Positions 53,694 to 64,000 of a stretch of 64,000 nt of DNA are shown here, piece after piece (position 1 is the stretch's first letter; each line of letters starts with the position of its first letter). The stretch is from the human T2T-CHM13v2.0 reference genome, Homo sapiens, in the NCBI RefSeq assembly GCF_009914755.1, contig NC_060929.1. The stretch is one strand, 5' to 3'. Made by a program: the position numbers and the translations under genes. The notes under the pieces were generated by a model, which had not been told where the DNA came from, ran no database searches, and saw only the letters and a list, made by a program, of their open reading frames with translations.

Positions 53694-55616
53694 TCACATG
53701 TAACAAGCCCCATAGATTCAAGGTAAATGGTTGGAGAAATATCTATAACACAAATGCTAGACAAAAAAGAACAGGGGTCACTATTCTTAGATAAAATAGA
53801 TTATAAACCAACAACAGTCAAAAAGGACAAGGAAGGGCACTATATAATGATAAAGGGATCAATGAAACAAGGTGACTTAAGTGTCCTAAAGACATATGTA
53901 CCCAATATTGAAGCACCCAGATTTATGAAACAAGTACTTCTAGACCTTCAAAAAGACTAGAGAGCAACACGATAACAGCGGGAAACTTCAACACCCTCTT
54001 GACAATGATAGATCACTGAGGCAGAAAATTAACAAAGAATTCCTGGACTTAAATTTGACACTTGACCTATTGGACATAATAGTCATCTGCACCCATCAAC
54101 CACAAAATACACATTCTTTTCGTGTATATCACAGAATAAACTCTAAGATTAACTATATGCTTGGCCGTAAAGCAGGTCTCAAATTCACAAAAAGTAAAAT
54201 CATGCCAACCATGTTTTTGGAACACAGTGGAATAAATATGCAAATCAATACCAAGAAGATCCCTCAAAACCACACGATGTGGAAATTAAATAACTTGATT
54301 TTGAATGATCTTTGGGTAAACAATGGAATTAAGGCAGAAAAAAAAAACATTTTTTGAAATAAATGAAACAGACACAACATACCAAAATTTCTGGGATACA
54401 GCTGAAGCAGTATAAAGAGGAAAGTTTATAGTACTAATGCCTACATCAAGAATTTGGAAAGTTCTCAAATAAACAATCTCATGTAAATTAGAAAAATGAG
54501 AAAAAAAACCCCAAAGCTAGCATCAGAAAAAAATAACTAAAATCAGAGTAGAACTGAACACAACTGAGACATAAAAATCCATGAAAAGTTTAACAAAACC
54601 AAAAGCTTGTACCTTGAAAGAATCAACAAGATCAATAGCTAGCTAGCTAAATTCAAAAAAAGGGAGAAGATCCAAGAAATGACAAAGCTAACACTACAAC
54701 CAATCCCACAAAAATACAAAAGATCCTCAGAGACTATTATGAACACAACTATGCATACAAACTAGAAAATGCAGAGGAAATGGACAAATTCCTGGAAACA
54801 CATGTCAGAAGACTGAATCAGGAAGAAATCAAAACTCTGAACAGACCAATATCAAGTTCTGAAATTGAATCAGTAATATAAAACCCATCAACCAAAAAGA
54901 GCTCTTGACCAGATCCATTTACACCTGAACTGTACCACACATACAAAGAAGATCTGGTACCAATACTGCTGAAACCATTCCAGAAAATACAGATTTCTCC
55001 CATATTCATTCTATGAAGCCAGAATCACTCTGATACCAAACTCTGGCAAAGACACAACAACAACAAAAAGAAAACTACAGGCCAATATCTTTGATGAACA
55101 TAGACACAAAAATCCTCAACAAAATACTAGTAAACTAAATCCAGCAGCACATCAAAAAGTCAATTCACCACAATCAAGTAGGCTTTATTCCTAGGATACA
55201 GGTCTGGTTCCACATACACAGATCAATAAATGTGATTCACCACATAGAGTTAAAAACAAAAAACATGATTATCTCAATAGATGCAGAAAAAGCCTTTGAT
55301 AAAATCCAGCATCCCTTCATGATAAAAACTCTCAATGAACTAGGCATAGAAGGAACAAAACTCAAAATAATAAGAGCTATCTAAGATACACCCACAAACA
55401 ACATTACACTAAACAGACAAAGCTGCAAGCATTCTCCCTAAGACTGGAAAAGACAAGGATGCCCACTCTTATAAAAGCATCCACATGGAAAAGAAAAGTC
55501 AAATTATTTCTTTTAGTTGATGATATGAATGTATACCTCGAAAGACCTAAAGACTCAATCAAAAGGCTTCCAGGGCTGATAAATGACTTCAGTAAGGTTT
55601 CAGGATACAAAATAAA

Positions 55617-57797
55617 TGATATGGTTTGGCTCTGTGTCCCTACCCAAATCTCATCTCCAACTGTAATCCCATGTGTTGGAGGAGGGGCCTGATGAGAGGT
55701 GATTAGATCATGGTTTTTTTTCCCATGCTGTTCTCATAATAGTAAGTTATCACAAGATCTGATGGTTTAAAAGTGTGTGAGTTTCCCCTTTATTCTCTCA
55801 CTTTCTCCTGCCACCATGTAAGATGTGCCTCACTTCCCCTTTGTCTTCCACCATGACTGTAAGTTTCCTGAGGCCTTCCCAGCCATGCTGAGCTGTGAGT
55901 CAATTAAACTTCTTTATAAGTTACCCAGTCTCAGGTGGTTCTTTATATCAGCACAAAATGGACTAATACAGAAAATTGGTACTGAAAGAGTGGGGCACTG
56001 CTATAAAGATACTGGAAAATGTGGAAGCAACTTTGGAAGTGGGTAACAGGCAGAGGCTGGAACAGTTTGGAGGATTCAGAAGAAGACAAGATATGGGCAA
56101 GTTTGAAACTTCCTAGAAACTTGTTGAATCTATTTGACCAGAAATGCTGATAGTGATATGGACAATGAAGTCCAGGCTAAGGTAGTCTCAGATGGAGATG
56201 AGGAACTTTTTGGGAACTAGTGTAAAGGTCACTCACTCTTGCTATGCTTTAGCAAAGAGACTGGCAGCATTTTACCCCTGCCCTAGAGATCTGTGGAACT
56301 TTGAACTTGAGATAAATGATTTTAACTGGCAGAAGAAATTTCAAAGCAGCAAAGCATTCAAGAGGTGATCTGGTATATTCTAAAACCATATAGTCATATG
56401 CATTCACAAAGAGATGGTCTGAAATTGGAAGACATGTCTAAAAGGGAAGCAGAGTATAAAAGATTAGAAAATTTACAGCCTGATCATGTGGTACAGCCTG
56501 ACCATTTTCTCGGAAGAAATTCAAGCCAGCTGCAGAAATTTGCACAAGCAAAGAGAAGCCAAATGTTAATAGCCAAGACAATGGGAAAAATGACTCCAGG
56601 GCATCTCAGAGATCTTGTCAGCCCCTCCCATCACAGGCCCAGAGGGATAGGAGGGAAAATGGTTTTGTGGACCAGGCCCAGGGCCCCATTACTCTGTAGT
56701 CTTGGGACATGGTGCCCTCCATCTCAGCTACTCCAGCTCCAGGCATGGCTAAAAGGGGCCAAGGTACAGCTCAGGCCATTGCCTTAGAGGGTGCAAGCTC
56801 CAAGCCTTGGCAGCTTCCACATATTATTAGGCCTGCAGGTGTACAGAAGACAAGAGTTCTGCTTTGGGAGCCTCCACCTAGATTTCAGAAGGTGTATGAA
56901 AATGCCTGGATGTCCAAGCAGAATCCTGCTGCAGATGCAGAGCCCTCATGGAGAACCTCTACAAGGGAAGTGCAAAGGAGAAATATAGGGTTGGAGCCCC
57001 CACACAGAGTCCCCACTGGGGCACTGCCGAGTGGAACTGTGAGAAGAGGGCCACCATCCTTCAGATCCCAGAACGGTAGTTCCACCAACAGCTTGCACCA
57101 CACAACTTGAAAAGCCACAGGCGCTCAATGCCAGCTCATGAAAGCAGCCATGGGAGCTGTATCCTGCAGAGCCACAGAGGTAGAGTTGCCCAAGGTCATG
57201 GGAGCCACCCCTTGCATCAGCATGTCCTAGATGTGAGACATGGAGTCAGAGTAGGTTATTTTGAAGCTTTAAGATTTAATGCTGCCCTGCTGGGTTTCAG
57301 ATTTGCATGGAGCCTGTGCCTCTTTGGTTTTGGCCAGTTTCTCCCTTTTGGAATGTAAGTGTTTACCCAATGCCTGTACACACCTTGTATCTTGGAAGTA
57401 ACTAACTAGTTTTTGATTTTACAGGTTCATAGGCAGAACGGACTTGTTTTGTCTCAGATGAGACTTTTGACTTGGACTTTTGAGTTAATGCTAGAATGAG
57501 TTAAGACTTTGGGGGACTATTGGGAAGGCATGTTTGGTTTCAAAAGGTGAGAAGGACATGAGATTTGGGAGGGGCCAGGGTGGAATGGTATGGTTTGACT
57601 CTATAGTCCCCACCCAAATCTTATCTCTAATTGTAATCCCCATGTGTCAGATGAAGGACCCAGTAGGAGGTAACCAAATCATGGAGGCATTTTTCCCATG
57701 CTGTTCTCACAACAGTAAGTTCTCACGAGATCTGATGGTTAAAAGTGTCTGGCAATTTCCCCTTCACTCTCTCGCTCTCTCCTGCCACCATGTAAGA
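55617..57797 (+). mobile_element. THE1D/MSTA-type MaLR provirus: 5' LTR 55617-55970, internal 55971-57585, truncated 3' LTR 57586-57797
   Basis: tgatatggtttggc...ggactaataca; gaaaattggtac start of the internal region; purine tract gggaggggccagggtggaa; MaLR-int ORF remnant AKRGQGTAQA...WEPPPRFQ. Confidence 0.93.
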
Positions 57798-58206
57798 AAT
57801 AAAGCCACACCTACAATTATCTGATCTTTGACGAAGGCAACAATAACAAGCAATGGGGAAAGGACTCCCTAGTCAATAAACAGTGCTGGATAACTGGCTA
57901 GGCATATGCAGAAGATTGAAACTGTACCCCTACCTTTCACCATACACAAAAATTAACTCAAGATGGGTTATAATTTAAATGTAAGATCTGTAAGAATCTA
58001 AGACTATAAAAATCCTAGAAATCCTAGGAAATCGTAGGAAATAACCTTCTTGATATCAGCAGAAAACTTTTGGCTAAGTCCCCACAAGAAATTGCAACAA
58101 AAACAAAAATTGACAAGTGGGACCTCATTAAGCTAAAGAGCTTCTGCACAGCAAAAGAAACTATCAAGAGTAAACAGACAACCTACAGAATGAGAGAAAA
58201 TATTCG

Positions 58207-58612
58207 TGTATTAGTCTGTTCTCGTATTGCTATGAAGAAATACCTGAGACTGAGTAATAAGAAAAGGGCTTTAATTGGTTCATGGTTCTGCAGGCTGTAC
58301 AGGAAGCATGGCATCATCTGCTTCTGGGGAGGCCTTAGGAAGCCTCCAATCACAGCAGAAGGCAAAGGGGGAGCAGGCATCTCACACAGCACGTGCAAGA
58401 GAGAGGAGAGGAGAGGTGCTATATACTTTTAAACAACCAGATCTGGTAAGAACTCGTTTACTAACACAAGAACACCACCAAGGGATAGTACTAAACCGTT
58501 CATGAGAAACCGCCCCCATGATCAAATTAGTTCCCACCAGACCCCCTCCTCCAGTATTGGGGATTACAATTTGACATGAAATTTGGGAAGGGACACAGAT
58601 TCAACCATATCA
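58207..58612 (-). mobile_element. MSTA solo LTR inside L1 ORF2
   Basis: tgtattagtc...aaccatatca; TSD attcg/attca. Confidence 0.92.
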
Positions 58613-61600
58613 ATTCACAAACAATGCATCTGAAAAAAGATTTAATATCCAGAATCTATAAGGAACTTAAATCAACAGCAAAAAACAAATAACCTCATTT
58701 AAAAATGGACAAAGGAGATGAAGAGACATTTTTCAAAAGAAGACATAGGAGTAGCCAACAAACATGGACATGTGCTCATGATCACTAATCAGAGTGAGAT
58801 ACCCACACCAGTCAGAATGGCTATTACTAAAAATAGAAGAAAAAATAAAACACGTACTAATGAGGCTGTGGAGAAGAGTTTATACACTGTTGTTTTGAAT
58901 GTAAATTAGTTCAGCCACTGTGGAAAGCAGTTTGGAGATTTCTCAAAGAAGTTAAAATAGAACTACAGTTTGGCCCTGCAATCTCATTATTGAATATATA
59001 CTAAAAGGAATATAAATCGTTCTTTAATAAAGACTCATGCCTGTGTATATTCATCATAACAGCAAAGACATGGAATCAACCTAAGTGCCCATCAATAGTA
59101 GACTAGATAAAGAAAATGCAGTACGTATACACCACTGAATACTACATAGCCATAAGAAAGAATGAAATTATATCCCTTGCAACAACATGGATAAAGCTGG
59201 AGGCCATAATCCTAAGTGAATTAACCCAGGAACAGAAATTCAAATATCACATTTTCACTTATAAATCAGTGCTGAACATTGAGCATCCATGGACATAAAG
59301 ATGGAAATAATCAACACTGGGCACTGGGGACTAAGACGGGGGGAGAGTGCGAGGGTGAGCGGGGTTTGAGGGTTGAAAAAGTACCTATCAGGGACTATGC
59401 TCAGTATCTGGGTGACAGAATCATTTGTACACCAAACCTCAGCGACACATAATTTACCCATGTTACAAACCTGCACACATAGCCTCTGAACCTAAAATGA
59501 AAATTGGGGAAAAAAAAAAAAAAGAAAATGACTTGTATGTTCCTGGTGTAGAGCTCTCAGAATTAAGATAAATAATAAATATTGTTTAATAAGGTCAACA
59601 TCTATCAACGGTTGACATTAAAACTTGATGTATAAGAGTATACCAACATCATTAATCTGGAGACCTGAAATCCTGTAAAGAATCTCTCACATCACCTTCT
59701 GCACTCTGGTGTAGAATTTAGAGGGTAAGAAGTAAAAATCTATAATGCATAGTACATTCCCGTTAGTTAGGAAATGTGTTAAGGCTTTACCTTGATGCCT
59801 TGTACTCAAGAGCTCATTGTTAAATATTTTAGTCGAGCTAGATATTAAACTAATGACTGCATTCATCACACAAAAGTCCTTTTTTCAATTACGTAGAATT
59901 CAGCACTGTATGGATTTTTAGAAATATAACCTTCTTATTTCATCTTTCAAGGTAAGGCTTGGGTTTGCCAAAACATGTTAAGCTTTGCTACCTTTCCAAT
60001 ATGAGACAGGAGTCAAGAGGTAAAGGATAAAATACAAATATGAACAAAGGTTCATTCGCTGGAGCAATAGGCTAAGTTTATACACTCAGGAGCCAAAAGT
60101 TATTCCTGTGCTTCTGACTGTGTTGTACTTATTTGGGTAACTCTCTTCCCTCCAAAACTTGTACTGGGAACATGAATAAGATTTCATTCCTTGGAAAACT
60201 CATGTACAGAAAACAAGTGTCTTCTGCAAAATATGTTCTGAATCCCCTTTATCATTGGTGGGAGAGGCTACCTTTATCAGTGAGTGGCAGCATTCAAGTT
60301 ACTTTTTATTTCTATTATATTTTGTGTGCTTTGCTACATTTCTAATCTTTATATAAATATATATCTTATTGTAAAAATACAATAACTCAAAAATTGTTTT
60401 CAAACTTAGCATGGCTAAAGATCAGATATATTAAGCTCACACTGACCTCACTCAATTATTTTCGATCCCAAAAGAGAATATTTATCCTCTCTGATATCTG
60501 ACATATCTCCCAATTTCTCCCAGTTGCTGTTGGCCATGAAACAGTTGTCGTGTAGTTGGCATTGTCTTTGAATGCTTGGACTTGACCATAGTGGTTCAAT
60601 TGTCAATTTGAGTAGTGTTCATTTTGGGTAATAACAGAGTTAGTTTTACACTTACTTAAAATAAAATGTATTCTAAAATATTACTTTATGATTCAACATT
60701 GAATCAAAAAGGTACTGTTTATGCAGAAAGGTATGGAAATAGAACTGTGGTTCATACATTCAGTAGTAATAAAACTGATCTAAGGAATGATCACATTCTA
60801 TACTTTCTCACAAAAAAAGAGTTTTACGGAATCTAAGGAAGGATTGAATCCACAAAAGATAGTTTGTTAAAATTTTATTATCAAGATATGTACAAAAGGA
60901 CAAGGCTACATCCCTAGAAAGGATAAAATGATATTTTAAAATAATAAGAGACTGGTATGGCCAATTAATCAAGTACTAAAAAGTATTTACAAAAAATATA
61001 GAATAAAAAGTCTCAATGAGAAGGCATTATTGTGTCATAGTTTAATTGAAAGGTCTTTTTTTATTCTTAGTGGGAATGAACTCTCTCTTATAATTGATGG
61101 CAGTCCAGATTCAATAAAATACAGTAATTTCAATTTTTTAAAAAGCTACTGAAACATTTTAAGACTAATACTCTTGGAGACTGAAGAGTGTTGTGGAGCA
61201 GTATTCGGCAGTGGATTCACCACAATGCCTCAAATTCAACATGTTGAATTCTCCACAAATGCTTCCTCTTCCTGCTCTCCAGTTAGGCTCTCTCACATTT
61301 CCCGCTGGCCCGTGATGGAATGTCTACAGTGACTCCCAGTTACATGCATTCAGTATCTATTCACCCTCATGTTATCACCTGCTTTCCAGGACACTTGCTA
61401 TACCTATTTGTGCTTAAGCATGCCAGACACTGACCTGCAAATGTAAAACTGTCATCTCTGTTCAACCACTATGATTCTCCAGGTGCCTCAAATAAAAATG
61501 GAATATTTTCAAGTGGCCAAAAAAGAAAAGGTTAATTTTCAGCTGATGGTCTAAATTTTGAAAATTCACATTTTAGAGAATTCTATATTTCCTCTTCCAC

Positions 61601-62995
61601 TTCCCCTAGCCCTAGAATCCATAATTAATCAAACTATAATTACTTGGAGTGTGGGGATTTTCATCTTTCATGTAGTTTCACATCATCAACAAAAAAATTG
61701 CAATTCGTGGCCACTGGTTGCCAAGAACTGTGACTATTTCCTGAAAGAAACGGTGTTACCATTTCTAATTTCTCCTTATCTGGTTTCCAGGTTTGTCTTA
61801 CAAAGTATACACAGATGTTAAAATTACTGGACTGGGAGAAGAAAGAGGTGAAAAATCCTACATACTACATGTGCACCCTGCACCCTGCCTGGGGATCAAG
61901 GGAGACAGTTCACTTAGCAATCAAATGCTTGGCTATAGAATAAGCTTTGTAGCTATCATGGCATGACACTAGAGATCAAATGTTTACCTCAATAACTAGA
62001 CTTGCAGCCTCAACCTGAATATTTTCTGCACCCACACTTAATCCCCACTCAATCCACTCATCTTAATTACCCCACAGACATTTACTTCTGACATAAAACA
62101 CTGAAAAGAAAAAGCCCAACCACCTCTAAAATACACATTCCACAAACAAAAATAACAGAAGAGGGAACTCAAAGGAACTAGAAACCCCTTTTCTCATAAT
62201 GATCAAAGCGTCAAAACACTGGAGGGTTGATTTTTACGTAAATGAAAGCCAAATAATGCAGTCATCCAAATAAGGAGATGATTATTGATGCCGATTTTTA
62301 TACTGATGAAATTAAATGCTCAAATCAAGTAAATACACTCTTCACTTTATCCCTCCATTTGAATGGCCTTTGTTCTTGGTCAACACCTCTCACCTCTCAC
62401 TTTAAAGTAAGTCTCTCCAGGACAGGGCAATTGAAAATTTTTACAAATAAGTCAAACTCCAAAAAATCTTAAAGATAAATAACATGATTTATTAGGAAAA
62501 TGGAGAGAAAGCAAAATTTTATGGAATCCTTTTAAACATGTCTATTTTTTCTCCAAATGATCTGCCTCAGCAGCAGCATCTCTGTTCTTTCTTTCTAACC
62601 ATGGTTTTTCTCCCCAGGAGCAACCCAACATTTCTCCTCATTTTTGCAAGTTGCTTATTTTTTTGTGCTTTACTGACGGTACTATACACATACAGTCAAT
62701 GCTCTCAATTCCTTCTGCAGCTACAATATTTGCTCTTGTGGCATTTCTATACAAGGGATTCTTACGTCAGGTCAGAAAGGTTGTTCCCTTGTTAAGTCCA
62801 TTGATAAAAAGAAAATGGTTAAGAGATCATTACTACTCAAACCTTATAGTGTTTTATAAGGTCAATCTTAGAGTTAGAATATTCTTGTACATAGATAAGC
62901 ATTACCTAAGACATTGCATCAAGAGTGTCTACCTCCTCCTCTACTAGCAGTGTTGGCCTTGGGTGGAACTGTCCAGTAGGTAAAGTTTGTCCCCA

Positions 62996-63297
62996 GAAAT
63001 GCTGCCTAAAATGTGGTCCATAGACCAGCACCAGTCTCCTGTTATCTATCTCTTAATGTGGTAAGTACAGAAATTGGAGGTGAGAATTTAGATATTTTTA
63101 CAGCAATTCCATATTGCCTGATATTCTAGTGTATGCTCAGTGGACATATCTCACCGAACAGTGTTAGTAACCACCTTGATGTTGCCCAGCACAAATGATG
63201 AGTAACTTTTGGTGTGAACTGATACCAGTGTTGATCTACAGAAAGTTGGAGAAAAATAACTGGTCTTCACCAAAGATAGTTTAAAACATTCATCTAG
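62996..63297. mobile_element. Charlie4-type hAT DNA transposon
   Basis: tgtggtccatagaccag...aagtacagaaattg...cagtggacatatctca...actggtcttcaccaaagatagttt. Confidence 0.7.
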
Positions 63298-63824
63298 GGC
63301 ATGTTCTCACCCTCTTTTCAGGGATCTTTCATCTTACATATTGCCCCAAGCTTCCTGGCCTCACAGAGTCTGTGTTCTGCTGAGAAACTACGCTAAGGAA
63401 TTAACACCCATAAACGTAAATCTATGTCATAAGTAGATGTTATAGGAACAAAGACACTTGATACAATGCGTTAGATGATGCTTACTTATGCACAAGGATC
63501 TTCTAACTCCATACAATTCTTAGACAACACTCTGTGAATGTATATAACAAATGTAAACCTACTGTCCCCACTCCCAGTCTCACCCCAACCATTCATAATT
63601 TAGCTATGCTTATTTACACAAAGCTCTGATAAATATGTCATGTCTAAGTAAAAGCTTCTCCCCTCCCAGGCACACCCACTAGCACCCCCAAACTGTAAAC
63701 ATATCACAGTTGCAGTATCAGTGCTTGAAACTGAGGGGGTTAATCTGAGAAAATAACTTAGATTAATCTCTGGAGGACACCTGGGAGTCTCCTACTCAGA
63801 TCAGACTCTGAGTGAGGACCATGA

Positions 63825-64000
63825 CTTGCATCAAAGAACAGCCAGCCACCTTGATCATGAACGTCACATCCAGTGCGCGCGCGCGTGCACACACACACAC
63901 ACACACACGCCCTTGCATCAAAGAACAGCCAGCCACCTTGATCATGAACGTCACATCCAGTGCACGCGCGCGCGCACACACACACACACACACGCCCTTG
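63825..64000 (+). repeat. Minisatellite, 85-87 bp unit with embedded (CG)n(CA)n; runs off the window end
   Basis: Identical 52-bp core at 63825-63876 and 63912-63963; third unit appears to begin at 63997. Confidence 0.95.

Noticed and set aside
56365-57358. Cluster of 130-140 aa ORFs
   Set aside because: Frameshifted remnants of the THE1/MST internal region
63758-63993. Cys/Val/Ala-rich repetitive ORFs
   Set aside because: Translation of the minisatellite's dinucleotide tracts
63825-64000. Constant-variable-constant pattern resembling a CRISPR array
   Set aside because: The variable parts are length variants of one microsatellite, not unique spacers; primate context and no cas genes

Overview
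AT-rich primate (most likely human) nuclear DNA, intergenic or deep intronic. I recognise no intact protein-coding exon, tRNA, rRNA, CpG island or CRISPR array; the ORFs I could assign are L1, Alu or MaLR read-throughs and the rest look like chance frames. Much of the window is a layered transposon record: five or six Alus, a full-length old L1PA (50.1-59.5 kb, with TSDs) carrying an AluY, a THE1D/MSTA provirus and an MSTA solo LTR, a twin-primed 5'-inverted L1, a complete MLT1G/H MaLR provirus with nested insertions, many MaLR/ERV solo LTRs, hAT DNA transposons, and MIR/L2/L3 relics. The features least explained by standard repeats are: (1) an 85-87 bp minisatellite at the window end whose units carry a variable (CG)n(CA)n microsatellite; (2) a GC-rich, coding-like candidate retrocopy at 293-925; (3) three indels shared by two L1 copies 19 kb apart (possible ectopic gene conversion); (4) two ~120 bp non-tandem local duplications. 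I cannot support a claim of a new biological system. Subfamily names come from recalled consensus sequences and need RepeatMasker/Dfam confirmation.
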